A stretch of DNA of 64,000 nucleotides from a bacterium (GTDB lineage Bacteria; Margulisbacteria; WOR-1; O2-12-FULL-45-9; XYB2-FULL-48-7). Below are positions 19,223 to 30,174 of the stretch, piece by piece. The notes under the pieces were generated by a model. It was not told the origin of the DNA. It did no database searches and saw nothing but the letters and a program-made list of their open reading frames with translations. How positions within the stretch are numbered: the stretch's first letter is position 1; every line of letters begins with the position of its first letter. The translations under genes and the position numbers were made by a program. The stretch spans positions 32,001 through 96,000 of the forward strand of contig JBDRLW010000003.1 in assembly GCA_043812655.1 (NCBI GenBank), written 5' to 3'.

Positions 19223-19585
19223 TAAGGAATTATCAATCTTATCTCGAATACTAGCAATCACTTGTTCAAGATTATTAAAAACCTCTTCATTTGTAAAACG
19301 AATGAAATTGATTTCTAAACATTCTATCAATTTCTGTCGTGCTTTATCATAATTGCGTTGATTTCTACTAAGATGATAACCACCATCAATTTCAATTCCC
19401 AACCTGACTTCTGGTGAATAAAAATCAATCACAAAACCCTTAATGCTATATTGTCTTCGGAACTTATGCCCATTAACTTTTCGTTTTCTTATTTGTTCCC
19501 ATAATATTTTCTCGGCTTCCGTCATATTCTTACGCAGTATTTGTCTTTTTTCTCGATCACGACTTCTATTATATATCTTTGTCAT
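19166..19585 (-). CDS. DUF559 / Vsr-like endonuclease
   Basis: LRKNMTEAEKILW, KFRRQY, DFYSPEVRLGIEIDGGYH, IRFTNEEV. Confidence 0.85.
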   Translation of the reverse strand: MTKIYNRSRDREKRQILRKNMTEAEKILWEQIRKRKVNGHKFRRQYSIKGFVIDFYSPEVRLGIEIDGGYHLSRNQRNYDKARQKLIECLEINFIRFTNEEVFNNLEQVIASIRDKIDNSLYSSPYQGEDVPPKAGQMG

Positions 19586-19617
19586 AAACGCTGATTCTCC
19601 CCTATCTTTAACGCCGA

Positions 19618-19686
19618 TATCTCCCCCTTACCAAGGGGGAGATTATAGAGGGGGTAATCCATGTCACGAAGTGACAGAGGGGGTAT
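19618..19686 (+). repeat. Inverted partner REP upstream of DUF559, plus a partial second copy overlapping the carB stop
   Basis: atctcccccttaccaagggggagattatagagggggtaa; atgtcacgaagtgacagaggggg. Confidence 0.7.
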
Positions 19687-22600
19687 GATAATCCTGCAGT
19701 GCCTTAACATCAAACCCTTTCTTCTTCGCGGCTTCAATGCCATTAACCGTAGCCTGGGCGCCAGAGATGGTGGTAATAAGAGGAATGTTATGCATAACCG
19801 CAGCGGAGCGGATCTTGGTTTCATCAACCTTGGTCTGCTTGCCGCCAGGAGTATTTATTAGAAGTGAAATCTCCCCTTTATTAACTAAATCAAGAATGTC
19901 ATTGCCACTTTCGCTTAATTTTTGAATAACTTCACAATCAATCCCGTTCTTCTTTAATACTCCGCCCGTCCCAGCCGTAGCCACAATGGAGAAGCCTAGG
20001 TCAGCCAATTTTTTAACAATATAAACGATCGACCGCTTATCCCGGTTGTTGACCGAAACAAAGATCTTCCCCTTTAATGGTAAATTCTGCCCTGCCGCAA
20101 TCTGCGACTTCATAAAAGCAGTCCCAAAATCGTTATCGATCCCCATCACTTCACCGGTTGAGCGCATCTCGGGACCCAAGATCGCATCGGCTCCAGGGAA
20201 ACGATTAAACGGAAAGACCGCTTCTTTAACCGAGACATGTTTAGGCTCAACTTCGGTTAAAATCCCTTGCTGTTTTAGCGTTTTGCCAATCATCACCTTG
20301 GTCGCCACTTTGGCCCAAGGAACACCGGTTGCCTTGGAGACAAAGGGAACGGTCCGTGAAGCCCGGGGATTGACCTCCAAAACATAGACCCGATCATTCT
20401 TGACCGCGAATTGGATATTCATTAAACCTTTAACTTTGAGCTCTTTAGCCATGGCATAAGTATTATGCTTAATGGTTTCAATGATATCGGCGCTTAAAGA
20501 AAATGGGGGTAATGAACAAGCGGAATCTCCCGAATGGATCCCCGCTTCTTCGATATGCTCCATGATACCGCAAACCACCGTCTGCTTCCCATCAGAGACC
20601 GCGTCAACATCAACTTCGATCGCGTCTTCCAAAAACTTATCGACCAAAACTGGATGTTCAGGCGAAACTTGAACTGCTGTTGACATAAATTCATCTAGGT
20701 CTTTATCGTCATAAACAAGCCGCATTGCCCGGCCGCCTAAGACGTACGAGGGCCGGACCAAACAAGGATAACCGATCTTTTTGGCGATCTTCCGCGCTTC
20801 CTTGGTTGAGTAAACGGTCCCGTTTGGCGCTTGATGCAATTTTAATTTTTTAAGCATGGCCGCGAAGCGTTTGCGGTCTTCCGCCCGGTCGATCTGCTTT
20901 GGGGAAGTCCCAATTATTCTTGCCCCTGCTTCTTTTAAAGGCAGAGCCAGATTCAACGGCGTTTGGCCGCCAAACTGGACAATGATCCCATCAGGCCTTT
21001 CTTTTTCAATGATACTTAGAACATCTTCCCGCGTTAATGGTTCAAAATAAAGTTTGTCGGAAGTATCATAATCGGTCGAAACCGTTTCGGGGTTGGAATT
21101 GACCATGATCGATTCGATCCCTTCTTCCCGCAAGGCGAACGAGGCATGGACGCAGCAATAATCAAATTCGATCCCTTGCCCGATCCGATTCGGACCGCCG
21201 CCTAAGATCATTACCTTCTTTTTTTGGGTTCGCTTTACTTCATCTTCTTGCTCATAAGTCGAGTAATAATAAGGCGTGTAAGCTTCAAACTCAGCCGCGC
21301 AGGTATCGACCAGTTTATAAACTGGCGCGACCCCAAGCGCATTTCGCTTGGCATAAATTTCTTTTTCGGTTTTCCCGATCAAATAAGCCAGCTGTTTATC
21401 AGAAAATCCGCATTGCTTAGCTTGATACAACAAATCTTTCTCTTCTAATATTCCCGGACCTTGGACCTTGATCCTGGTCTCTTCTTCTATTATCTCAACG
21501 ATATTTTCTAAGAACCACGGATCAACCTTGGTCAATTCATAGACCTTTTTTACCTGCATCCCCGTTTTAAGAGCGTGCTTAATATAGAAAATCCGGCGGT
21601 CATTGGGTGTCTTTAACTTTTCAATTAATAATTCTTCTTTGATAAATTCTTTGCCGTCAGCCCCCAACCCCGCCCGGCCAACTTCGAGCGAGCGCAAACC
21701 TTTCTGCAGCGCTTCTTTAAATGTCCGCCCGATCGCCATCGTTTCACCAACCGACTTCATTGAGGTGCCGATTACAGCCGGAGTATCGGGGAACTTCTCA
21801 AACGTGAACCGGGGGATCTTCACTACGCAATAATCGATCGACGGCTCAAACGAGGCCGGAGTTTCTTTGGTTATATCATTGGGGATTTCATCTAATGTAT
21901 AGCCGACCGCCAACTTGGCCGCGATCTTGGCGATCGGAAAACCGGTCGCTTTTGATGCCAAGGCTGACGAACGGGAAACTCGCGGATTCATTTCAATTAT
22001 CACCATTCGCCCGGTATCTGGATGGACACCAAATTGGATATTGGAACCACCGGTTTCAACCCCGATCGCTCGGATCGCCGCTAGCGACTGGTCACGCATC
22101 TTTTGGTATTCTCTATCGGTTAAGGTTTGTGCTGGTGCCACAGTGATCGAATCACCAGTGTGAACCCCCATCGCGTCAAGATTCTCGATCGAACAGATAA
22201 TGACAACATTATCTTTCTTGTCACGCATCACCTCAAGTTCGTACTCTTTCCAACCAGTCAGGTCTTCTTCAATTAATACTTCGGAAGTCGGTGAAAGTTC
22301 CAGTCCTTTGCTCACTACTTCTTTATATTCTTCCATCGTGTGGGCAACGCCAGAACCAGTGCCGCCAAGCGTAAAACTGGGACGAATAATAACTGGTAAA
22401 CCAACACCATCGATCTTTTTTAGAGCTTCTTCAATCGTCTTGGCAAAAAAGCTCTTCGGAAGATCAAGCCCCGCTTCTTCCATCGCTTTTTTGAAGAGTT
22501 CTCGATTTTCCGCTTTTTTGATCGCTTTAACATCGGCCCCGATCATCTCGATCCCATATTTATCAAGGATCCCTGTTTCGGCAATCCCGATCGCGGTATT

Positions 22601-22888
22601 AAGCGCTGTTTGTCCGCCAATTGTCGGCAAGATCGCCTGCGGCCGCTCTTTTTCAATGATCTTGCAGCACATTTCCACCGTGATCGGTTCGATATAAGTC
22701 CGATGCGCCATTTCGGGGTCGGTCATGATCGTGGCTGGGTTGGAATTAATTAAAACAATCTCATACCCTTCTTCGCGCAAGGCTTTACACGCCTGCGAAC
22801 CAGAATAATCAAATTCGCAGGCCTGACCAATTATGATCGGCCCCGCGCCAATGATCATTATTTTTTTTATGTCCGTCCTCTTAGGCAT
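19664..22888 (-). CDS. carB: Carbamoyl-phosphate synthase large subunit
   Basis: [30 protein letters not shown]; two ATP-grasp domains and MGS domain. Confidence 0.97.
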   Translation of the reverse strand: MPKRTDIKKIMIIGAGPIIIGQACEFDYSGSQACKALREEGYEIVLINSNPATIMTDPEMAHRTYIEPITVEMCCKIIEKERPQAILPTIGGQTALNTAIGIAETGILDKYGIEMIGADVKAIKKAENRELFKKAMEEAGLDLPKSFFAKTIEEALKKIDGVGLPVIIRPSFTLGGTGSGVAHTMEEYKEVVSKGLELSPTSEVLIEEDLTGWKEYELEVMRDKKDNVVIICSIENLDAMGVHTGDSITVAPAQTLTDREYQKMRDQSLAAIRAIGVETGGSNIQFGVHPDTGRMVIIEMNPRVSRSSALASKATGFPIAKIAAKLAVGYTLDEIPNDITKETPASFEPSIDYCVVKIPRFTFEKFPDTPAVIGTSMKSVGETMAIGRTFKEALQKGLRSLEVGRAGLGADGKEFIKEELLIEKLKTPNDRRIFYIKHALKTGMQVKKVYELTKVDPWFLENIVEIIEEETRIKVQGPGILEEKDLLYQAKQCGFSDKQLAYLIGKTEKEIYAKRNALGVAPVYKLVDTCAAEFEAYTPYYYSTYEQEDEVKRTQKKKVMILGGGPNRIGQGIEFDYCCVHASFALREEGIESIMVNSNPETVSTDYDTSDKLYFEPLTREDVLSIIEKERPDGIIVQFGGQTPLNLALPLKEAGARIIGTSPKQIDRAEDRKRFAAMLKKLKLHQAPNGTVYSTKEARKIAKKIGYPCLVRPSYVLGGRAMRLVYDDKDLDEFMSTAVQVSPEHPVLVDKFLEDAIEVDVDAVSDGKQTVVCGIMEHIEEAGIHSGDSACSLPPFSLSADIIETIKHNTYAMAKELKVKGLMNIQFAVKNDRVYVLEVNPRASRTVPFVSKATGVPWAKVATKVMIGKTLKQQGILTEVEPKHVSVKEAVFPFNRFPGADAILGPEMRSTGEVMGIDNDFGTAFMKSQIAAGQNLPLKGKIFVSVNNRDKRSIVYIVKKLADLGFSIVATAGTGGVLKKNGIDCEVIQKLSESGNDILDLVNKGEISLLINTPGGKQTKVDETKIRSAAVMHNIPLITTISGAQATVNGIEAAKKKGFDVKALQDYHTPSVTS

Positions 22889-24014
22889 GTCTCGACTCAC
22901 TTCGTTCGCTCGACATTAAACTTGCGAAGTCATTAAACAAGTAATGGGCATCATGCGGTCCTGGTCCCGCCTCCGGATGATATTGGACAGAAAAGATCGG
23001 TAAGGTTTTATGTTTCATCCCTTCAACTGTCTTATCATTTAAATTAATGTGGGTCAGCTCGACCGTTCCTTTGGGAATGGAATCGATATCAACAGCAAAC
23101 CCATGGTTTTGGGCAGTGATAGCCACTTTTCTCGTCTGCAAATCCATAACCGGTTGGTTGCCGCCATGATGGCCAAACTTTAATTTATAGGTCTTGCCGC
23201 CTAAAGCTAGCCCTAACAATTGGTGTCCCAAACAGATCCCAAAGATCGGTTTCTTCCCGATTAGTTGTTTAATATTTTTGATCGCGTAAGTCACCGCCGC
23301 TGGATCAGCTGGCCCGTTAGACAGGAATATCCCGTCTGGATTCATGGCCATGACTTTTTCCGCCGGAAAATCGGCGGGGACAACAGTGACTCGACAACCC
23401 GCCGCAACAAGATTATTTAGAATACTAAACTTGATCCCATAATCATACGCCACCACATTAAATTCAGGCTTTCTACATTCATTGGTCATTGGAAATTGGT
23501 CATTGGTCATTTTCCACTCATGCGGCTCTTTACAAGTAACGGTCTTAACCAGATCAACCCCTTCAACTCCCTGACAATTTTTGGCTCTCCTTATCAAATG
23601 CCTTTCATTTAAATCAACTGTCGAGATTATTCCTTTCAAAGAACCCTTTGTCCGCAGCCGCCGAGTTAACATCCGGGTATCGATCCCTTCGATCCCCACG
23701 ATCCCATATTTTTTAAGATAGTCGCCAAGCCCGCTGGTCGAGCGGAAATTTGAAGCTATCCTTGAATTTTCCCTGACAATAAAACCTTCGCATTGGGGGA
23801 TGGTCGACTCCAGGTCTTCTTCATTAACACCGTAATTGCCGATCAAGGGGTAAGTCATCGTTACGATCTGGCCTTTGTAGGAAGGATCGGTCAAGATTTC
23901 TTGATAACCAGAAAGAGAGGTATTGAAAACGATCTCCCCGCTCTTCTCACCCTCGGAGCCAAAAGAGCGACCATGAAAAACCGTCCCATCTTCTAAAGCT
24001 AAAACTGCTTTCAT
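22881..24014 (-). CDS. carA: Carbamoyl-phosphate synthase small subunit
   Basis: [30 protein letters not shown]. Confidence 0.97.
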   Translation of the reverse strand: MKAVLALEDGTVFHGRSFGSEGEKSGEIVFNTSLSGYQEILTDPSYKGQIVTMTYPLIGNYGVNEEDLESTIPQCEGFIVRENSRIASNFRSTSGLGDYLKKYGIVGIEGIDTRMLTRRLRTKGSLKGIISTVDLNERHLIRRAKNCQGVEGVDLVKTVTCKEPHEWKMTNDQFPMTNECRKPEFNVVAYDYGIKFSILNNLVAAGCRVTVVPADFPAEKVMAMNPDGIFLSNGPADPAAVTYAIKNIKQLIGKKPIFGICLGHQLLGLALGGKTYKLKFGHHGGNQPVMDLQTRKVAITAQNHGFAVDIDSIPKGTVELTHINLNDKTVEGMKHKTLPIFSVQYHPEAGPGPHDAHYLFNDFASLMSSERSESRHA

Positions 24015-24098
24015 TTTGTCATAAAAAAAGCGCCTGGCAAAAAACTCCACGCGCTTAGTCCCATTAAAGCAAAATTATAACAGCTTTAAGTTGTCCGG

Positions 24099-24923
24099 TC
24101 AAACTGAGAAGATCTCAACCCCACTATCAGCAGTTTCAACATAATAACTTCGACCATATTCTTTGCGGATCTCGCGTAATTTTTTATCATCAGCCGGGAA
24201 ACCAAAGACGCTCGAGCCACTTCCCGACATCTGCGCAAAAGTACAACCCAATTCCAGCATTCGATCCTTAACTTTTTGAATGACCGGATATTTCTTTATC
24301 ACTACAGATTCTAAATCGTTCTTACTACCTTCATTTTTCATTTTGCATTTTTCATTTTTCATTTGACTCTCATCCCATGCGTCATATGCCCATTTTGTAG
24401 AGACCTCAACTTCAGGAATTACTAAAAGGTAATTACGCGTTTCGTTTAACGTATTACGCGTTACCCTTTCCCCCCGCCCCTTCACCGTACAATTCCCCCC
24501 CATAATGCAAAAAGGAACATCGGAACCGATCTTAGCGCCTACGACCATTAGCTCTTCCTGGCTAAGCTTCTTACCATATATATTATTAAGGCCGACCAAA
24601 ACCGCGGCGGCATCTGCCGAACCCCCAGCCAGCCCTGCCCCCACCGGGATCTGCTTCTCAATATATATCTTTATTCCGCTACTCCCTACCCCCTGCACCC
24701 TAAAAAACTCTTCTGCCGCCTTATAAGCTAAATTCTTATTATTAGTTGGTAGCTGTAAATTGGTCGTAATGACTTCAATGCCGGAGTCAATTGGAGTTAA
24801 TGTAAGAGTATCAAAAAGAGTGACCGACTGCATGACCGACTCGAGTTCATGGTAGCTATCTTGGCGAGTCCCCAGGATTTTAAGCGAGAGGTTGATCTTG
24901 GCAAAAGCTTTAAGCTTCAGCAC
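24099..24923 (-). CDS. ispE: 4-diphosphocytidyl-2-C-methyl-D-erythritol kinase
   Basis: AKINLSL, IPVGAGLAGGSADAAA, MSGSGSSVF. Confidence 0.95.
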   Translation of the reverse strand: MLKLKAFAKINLSLKILGTRQDSYHELESVMQSVTLFDTLTLTPIDSGIEVITTNLQLPTNNKNLAYKAAEEFFRVQGVGSSGIKIYIEKQIPVGAGLAGGSADAAAVLVGLNNIYGKKLSQEELMVVGAKIGSDVPFCIMGGNCTVKGRGERVTRNTLNETRNYLLVIPEVEVSTKWAYDAWDESQMKNEKCKMKNEGSKNDLESVVIKKYPVIQKVKDRMLELGCTFAQMSGSGSSVFGFPADDKKLREIRKEYGRSYYVETADSGVEIFSV

Positions 24924-25199
24924 TTATTTGTTTTTGTTAAAAGCGATCATCAAGCGTGATTTCAAGCGGGCTGCTTTATTCGCATGGATGATCCCGCGTT
25001 CGGCCGCTTTATCAAGGATAGAAACAACTTGCTTCAGTTTATCGGCCGCCTCGGCAATTTTACCAGTGATCGCGGTCCTGGCAGCCTTAATGGCTTTCTT
25101 TATGGTATCTTTTTCTTTGATATTGCGTGCGCGCCGCTTCTTGGTCTGGCGGACGTTCTTAATTCCTTTTCGTTTAACAACTTTTTTCTTTTCTGCCAT
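24924..25199 (-). CDS. rpsT: 30S ribosomal protein S20
   Basis: LDKAAERGIIHANKAARLKSRL; AGGAGG RBS before the ATG at 25199. Confidence 0.92.
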   Translation of the reverse strand: MAEKKKVVKRKGIKNVRQTKKRRARNIKEKDTIKKAIKAARTAITGKIAEAADKLKQVVSILDKAAERGIIHANKAARLKSRLMIAFNKNK

Positions 25200-25270
25200 T
25201 TTTCTCCTCCTAAACAGGATCAACTACAATTGACATGATAACACAAATAATAGTAAAATATCAAGCTAGA

Positions 25271-26128
25271 TTGAGTATAAGCGATTGGTTTAAACGAAAA
25301 AAGCTGGCTCAGGAAGCCACCGCAACCCGCGCCCGACTAGATATCCCCAATAATTTATGGGTCAAGTGCGGTCAGTGCGGTACGGCTATTTATAAGAAAG
25401 ATCTGGAAGCCAACCAAAAAGTTTGCCCCAAATGTGAATTTCATTTTAAGGTGAGCTCGGCCGAAAGGATCGCCCAGTTATTTGAGCCGGAAAGTTTTGT
25501 GGAGATCAACCACGATATTACTTCGAAAAACTTCCTTGATTTCTCCGACACTAAAAATTACACCGCCAGGATCGATGGATCGATCGCTAAATCAGGGCTG
25601 AAAGACGCCATCGTTACCGGCACCGGCAAGATCGGCCAGCATGAAGTCGCCTTTGGCGGGATGGATTTTTCTTTCATGGGGGGAAGCATGGGTTCGGTCG
25701 TCGGGGAGAAAATTGCCCGATTGATAGAGGTCGCTGTTGAGCAGAAGATCCCGGTCATTATTGTCTCAACCTCCGGCGGGGCCAGGATGCAGGAAAGCAT
25801 AATGTCGCTGATGCAAATGGCTAAAACTTCCGCTGCCCTGGGACGCCTGCGGGAAAACGGCCTCCCCTATATTTCAATTTTAACCGACCCAACAACCGGC
25901 GGCGTTTCCGCCAGCTACGCCATGCTGGGCGATATTAATATCGCGGAACCGGGCGCTCTTATCTGTTTTGCCGGTCCCCGGGTAATTGAACAAACGATCA
26001 GGCAAAAACTCCCGCCCGGTTTTCAACGGGCTGAATTCTTGCAAGAGCACGGGATGATCGACGTAGTGTGCTCAAGAAAACATTTAAAAGAAACATTAAC
26101 AAGAATATTAAAATTCTTTAAAAATTAG
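25271..26128 (+). CDS. accD: Acetyl-CoA carboxylase carboxyltransferase beta subunit
   Basis: WVKCxxC...CPKC zinc finger, GGSMGSVVGE, SGGARMQE; probable TTG start. Confidence 0.95.
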   Translation: MSISDWFKRKKLAQEATATRARLDIPNNLWVKCGQCGTAIYKKDLEANQKVCPKCEFHFKVSSAERIAQLFEPESFVEINHDITSKNFLDFSDTKNYTARIDGSIAKSGLKDAIVTGTGKIGQHEVAFGGMDFSFMGGSMGSVVGEKIARLIEVAVEQKIPVIIVSTSGGARMQESIMSLMQMAKTSAALGRLRENGLPYISILTDPTTGGVSASYAMLGDINIAEPGALICFAGPRVIEQTIRQKLPPGFQRAEFLQEHGMIDVVCSRKHLKETLTRILKFFKN

Positions 26129-26134
26129 GTAACG

Positions 26135-26203
26135 ATGGAACCTGAGAATGAAATTCTCGGTTCCATAGAAAACCGGAACCGCGACTTTTAGTCGCAGGTT
26201 CCG
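26135..26203. repeat. GAACC-family REP doublet (inverted pair)
   Basis: atggaacctgagaatgaaattctcggttccat ... cggaaccgcgacttttagtcgcaggttccg. Confidence 0.8.
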
Positions 26204-26218
26204 AATAAAGGAATTAAA

Positions 26219-27190
26219 ATGGCAAAAATAAATAATAACAAACCAAAACTCCTCCTCGAAAAACCGCTGGAGGAGCTTTACGCTAAGATCGAAAAATTAA
26301 AAGTCCTTCAGGAATCCGGCAAAATGGACATGACCGAGGAGATCAAAATGCTGGAGAAAAGGATCGAAAATACCCGTAAAGAAATATTCTCCAAGATTAC
26401 GCCGATCCAATGCGTCCAAGTTGCCCGTTACATTATGAGACCGACTACGCTTGATTATATCGATCTGCTATTTAAAGACTTTGTTGAACTCCATGGCGAT
26501 CGTAATTTTTCTGACGATCCAGCTTTAGTTACCGGGATCGCCAATCTCGATGGCCGCTCGGTCATTGTGATGGGCCACCAAAAAGGCCATTCAACCAAAG
26601 AAAATATTGCCCGCAATTTTGGGATGGCAAATCCTGAAGGCTACCGCAAAGCCCTCCGGCTAATGCGCCTGGCCGAGCGTTACAACAAGCCGATCATTTC
26701 TTTTGTTGATACGCCGGGAGCATATTGCGGTTTAGGCGCTGAAGAACGTGGCCAAGCCGAAGCGATCGCTAAAAACCTTCGGGAAATGGCAGAGCTGACT
26801 GTCCCCTTTATTTCCATTATTACTGGTGAGGGTGGCTCTGGAGGGGCGCTAGGAATAGCGATGGGAAATAAAGTTTTGATGCTTGAATATTCAATTTATT
26901 CGGTGATCTCCCCCGAAGGCTGCGCCTCGATCCTTTTCCGTGACGCATCACGCGCTAATGAAGCGGCTAATGCGATGAGGATCACCGCGCCAGACCTGCT
27001 TGAACTCGGGGTAATTGATGAAGTGATCAAAGAACCGATCGGCGGCGCGCACAACGATCCGGCCTTTATGGCCAAAAATATCAAGGCCGCCATTTTAAAA
27101 CATCTAGAACCGCTTCTCTCCCTCTCTCACCGCGAGCTAATAGCCGACCGGTACAACAAATACCGGAAGATGGGAATTTTTAACGGATAA
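26219..27190 (+). CDS. accA: Acetyl-CoA carboxylase carboxyltransferase alpha subunit
   Basis: ELHGDRNFSDD, GYRKALRLM, GEGGSGGALG, YSVISPEG. Confidence 0.95.
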   Translation: MAKINNNKPKLLLEKPLEELYAKIEKLKVLQESGKMDMTEEIKMLEKRIENTRKEIFSKITPIQCVQVARYIMRPTTLDYIDLLFKDFVELHGDRNFSDDPALVTGIANLDGRSVIVMGHQKGHSTKENIARNFGMANPEGYRKALRLMRLAERYNKPIISFVDTPGAYCGLGAEERGQAEAIAKNLREMAELTVPFISIITGEGGSGGALGIAMGNKVLMLEYSIYSVISPEGCASILFRDASRANEAANAMRITAPDLLELGVIDEVIKEPIGGAHNDPAFMAKNIKAAILKHLEPLLSLSHRELIADRYNKYRKMGIFNG

Positions 27191-27202
27191 ATATTTGGTA
27201 AA

Positions 27203-27604
27203 TGCCGCGGAGAGGAATTGAACCTCCATGGGTTTAACCCCGCTAGCTCCTGAAGTCCCGCTTCATTAATATTTTATCATAATGACTTGCGGGATCCCGA
27301 CGATTACATTATTATCATATCTTAATGACCGTCGGGACTAGTGCGCCCGCCTTCGGCGGGTAAATCTGCCAGATAATAAACTTGCTTCTTCAAATGCCCA
27401 GGAGAGGAATTGAACCTCCATGGGTTTAACCCCGCTAGCTCCTGAAGCTAGTGCGTCTGCCAGTTCCGCCACCTGGGCATTTGAAGGTGGAAATATTCTC
27501 TCATAAATTGACTGCTGATTCAAGATATTTTTCTGAAAAAAAAGGAGATAGTTCCGCTTTACCCGCCACAGGTGGGTTTACCCGCCGCAGGCGGGCATAG
27601 CGGC
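27203..27604 (-). pseudogene. Fragmented outer tRNA-Leu(CAG) copy enclosing the intact gene
   Basis: tRNA segments 27596-27604, 27551-27557, 27365-27372, 27338-27345 and 27203-27255 in correct order, separated by hairpin inserts. Confidence 0.75.
27395..27478 (-). tRNA. tRNA-Leu(CAG), CCA not encoded
   Basis: GCCCAGG/CCTGGGC acceptor stem, ctagc-ttCAGga-gctag anticodon arm, long variable arm, GGTTCAATTCC. Confidence 0.93.
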
Positions 27605-27610
27605 ATAAAA

Positions 27611-27695
27611 TGCCGCTGGCCGGAGTTGAACCGGCACGGGGGTTAACCCCACTTGATTTTGAGTCAAGCGCGTCTGCCAATTCCACCACAGCGGC
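27611..27695 (-). tRNA. tRNA-Leu(CAA), CCA not encoded
   Basis: GCCGCTG/CAGCGGC acceptor stem, cttga-ctCAAaa-tcaag, GGTTCAACTCC. Confidence 0.93.
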
Positions 27696-27760
27696 ATTTC
27701 GACTCCGTCTCGACTCACTGCGTTCGCTCGACGTCGCTCAATGCCGAGAGAAGCCGAGAC

Positions 27761-27815
27761 ATTCCACTTTACCCGCCTGCCTACCGGCAGGCAAGCCGTA
27801 GGCGGGCACAGCGGC
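27761..27815 (-). pseudogene. Extra 5' fragment of tRNA-Leu(CAA) interrupted by a CCCGCC-GGCGGGTAAA insert
   Basis: Minus strand gccgctgtg [39-nt insert 27768-27806] gtggaat matches the first 16 nt of tRNA-Leu(CAA). Confidence 0.7.
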
Positions 27816-27852
27816 ACGACAACTATGGTGAGTATAGCAAAATAATTAAAGC

Positions 27853-27882
27853 TTGACAATAAACTATCTTATAATGTATTAT
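27853..27882 (+). promoter_or_regulatory. Probable sigma70 promoter for rho
   Basis: TTGACA-18 nt-TATTAT. Confidence 0.45.
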
Positions 27883-27974
27883 AAAGATGTCCCAATAAAC
27901 GACCACATTTTACAATTTTTTCTTAATGACAACAAAATTAACAATTTCTCAATCAAACAAAAACAAGTTTATCT

Positions 27975-28040
27975 AACCTGCGACTAAAAGTCGCGGTTTC
28001 GTTTATCCAAATGGAACCGAGGCTTTCAGCCTCAGGTTCC
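27975..28040. repeat. GAACC-family REP doublet in the rho leader
   Basis: aacctgcgactaaaagtcgcggtttc ... atggaaccgaggctttcagcctcaggttcc. Confidence 0.8.
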
Positions 28041-28066
28041 AAAACAAATCACTCGAGGAGGAAGAA

Positions 28067-29311
28067 ATGGATATTGTAGAGTTAGAAGGTAAGACCCTGC
28101 CCCAATTATACGAGGTCGCCAAAGGTTTGAACATTGCCAACCTGCGGCAATTAAAAAAGCACGACCTGGTTTTTAAGATCCTCGAAGCCCAGACCGAAAA
28201 GAACGGCCACATTTTCACCAAAGGGATCCTAGAGATCCTGCCCGAAAATTATGGTTTCTTGCGGACCGGCGGCTATCTCCCCAGCCGGGAAGACGTTTAT
28301 GTTTCGCAAACCCAGATCCGCCGCTTTGATATGCAAAACGGTGATTTTGTCACCGGCCAGGTCCGGCCGCCTAAAGAGGGCGAAAAATATTATAGTTTGC
28401 TGAAGATCGAAGCGATCAACGGCGAAAATCCGGAAGGGGCGAGACAGCGCATACCATTTGACAGCTTAACACCAATTTTCCCCAACCGCCGCTTTGGTTT
28501 GGAATTTCCCGGTTGCCCCATGGCTTGCCGGTTGATTGACATGGTCGCGCCGATCGGCGCCGGCCAAAGAGCAATGATCGTCTCGCCGCCAAAGGCCGGT
28601 AAAACCACGGTCTTGAAAAATATCGCTAACTCGATCACTGAAAATTTCCCTGAAACCCTGATCAAAGTCTTACTGGTTGATGAACGGCCGGAAGAAGTGA
28701 CCGATATGCAAAGGTCAGTTAAAGGCGAAGTCGTTGCTTCAACTTTTGATGAGCCGCCGGAGGACCACATTAGGATCGCCGAATTATTACTGGAAGCTTG
28801 CAAACGCTTAGTTGAAGCAGGCAAAGATGTCGTAATCCTCCTTGATTCGATCACCCGCTTAGCTCGGGCTTACAATTTAGTTACCCCACCCTCCGGCCGG
28901 ACGCTGTCCGGCGGTCTTGACCCGACTTGTCTCCACCGGCCAAAGCGCTTCTTCGGCGGCGCGCGGAATATTGAAGAAGGCGGCAGTTTAACGATCATCG
29001 CTACTGCTCTAGTTGAAACCGGCTCCAGGATGGACGATATTATTTATGAAGAGTTCAAAGGAACAGGTAATATGGAACTCCACCTCAACCGTAAGCTGGC
29101 TGACCGGAGAATTTTCCCAGCGATCGACGTGCGGCTCTCCGGCACCAGGCGCGAAGAGCTCCTAATGGACGATAAGGAACTGAAAAAGATGTGGCTCTTG
29201 CGCAAAGTGATGGACAATTACGAGGCGGTTGAAGCGACCGAACAATTAATTGAACGGCTCAAAACCTTTAAGACTAATAAGCAGTTCTTTGATTCGGCTG
29301 ATGTAAAGTAA
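28067..29311 (+). CDS. rho: Transcription termination factor Rho
   Basis: [43 protein letters not shown]. Confidence 0.97.
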   Translation: MDIVELEGKTLPQLYEVAKGLNIANLRQLKKHDLVFKILEAQTEKNGHIFTKGILEILPENYGFLRTGGYLPSREDVYVSQTQIRRFDMQNGDFVTGQVRPPKEGEKYYSLLKIEAINGENPEGARQRIPFDSLTPIFPNRRFGLEFPGCPMACRLIDMVAPIGAGQRAMIVSPPKAGKTTVLKNIANSITENFPETLIKVLLVDERPEEVTDMQRSVKGEVVASTFDEPPEDHIRIAELLLEACKRLVEAGKDVVILLDSITRLARAYNLVTPPSGRTLSGGLDPTCLHRPKRFFGGARNIEEGGSLTIIATALVETGSRMDDIIYEEFKGTGNMELHLNRKLADRRIFPAIDVRLSGTRREELLMDDKELKKMWLLRKVMDNYEAVEATEQLIERLKTFKTNKQFFDSADVK

Positions 29312-30173
29312 TTTGATTTAACTTTCCAAATTGAAACAATTCAACTTGCGAAGCAGGTTTTTCAGTACCATTTTCATCTTGTATAACAAATAATTGGCTT
29401 TCTGGATATGGCACTTTCCCCCAGGCGAATTGGAGCTTTTGGAAATAGGCAACTCCTTTATTTCTTAACAATTCCTTTTCTCCCCTTGATTTGAACGCAT
29501 TATTATTTAATAACCTATAAATAAAACTATAAGCATAAGCAGAGGCGAAAAATTCGGTCGTAAATTTAGACGTCTGTCTTCCAACTTGTTCGACAATTTT
29601 TAAATACCCAAGCTGACAAATTAATGCTACGGCTAAGTTGATCGCCTCAATTTTTTCAGTATTTTTAAAACTGCTGCGCAACAAGATAGCTTTGGTTGGT
29701 TTTCTCCTTTCACGGGAAGGATCAATCGCCCCATTCTTTTCCAGGCAATATTTAATGTTCTGTATTACCGTTCCGGAAATTGGCAGAAACCCTTGACGAT
29801 TCTCCATTGCTTCCCCCAAATAGGTTGAAAAACCAACGTAGCGGCAATAGGATTTCAAATCCATCCGATAAAACACTTCCGCCTTTTCAACAATATCTAA
29901 TATTTCTTTGGGCAAATTCCCTGCGCGTAAAATCAGGACGGTATCACCAATACTCTGTTCAGCAGGCCGCATAGCTTGCCTTAATTCAGAAAAACTCAAG
30001 CCGTGTTTCCTTTGCGCTGGGGAAAGCCTAACTATCCGAAAATCCAGTGTCCTTTCCACTAATGAAATGTCTCTTCCTTGCCCGGGCAGTCTCTCAATTT
30101 GAATTTGCGATGCTTGAACAGCCCCGTTTTTCCCCCAACGTATTCTACCTTTGCCGCTTATTCTTGTATTCAT
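29274..30173 (-). CDS. Hypothetical protein, AT-rich orphan, probably co-transcribed with the PtsI-like gene
   Basis: 299-aa ORF starting 1 nt after the upstream stop; no recognisable motif. Confidence 0.55.
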   Translation of the reverse strand: MNTRISGKGRIRWGKNGAVQASQIQIERLPGQGRDISLVERTLDFRIVRLSPAQRKHGLSFSELRQAMRPAEQSIGDTVLILRAGNLPKEILDIVEKAEVFYRMDLKSYCRYVGFSTYLGEAMENRQGFLPISGTVIQNIKYCLEKNGAIDPSRERRKPTKAILLRSSFKNTEKIEAINLAVALICQLGYLKIVEQVGRQTSKFTTEFFASAYAYSFIYRLLNNNAFKSRGEKELLRNKGVAYFQKLQFAWGKVPYPESQLFVIQDENGTEKPASQVELFQFGKLNQITLHQPNQRTAY

Positions 30174-30174
30174 A

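Noticed and set aside
27203..27255. tRNA 3'-half duplicate as a prophage or island attachment site
   Set aside because: No integrase or cargo nearby, and the remaining tRNA segments are present in order around the intact gene.
27256..27337. Group I or archaeal BHB-type tRNA intron
   Set aside because: Far too short for a group I core, and I could not see a bulge-helix-bulge at the junctions. Splicing by an unknown route remains untested.
27338..27859. Short ORFs over the tRNA-Leu region (also 52443-52676 and 52861-53067)
   Set aside because: They are translations of tRNA and palindromic repeat sequence.
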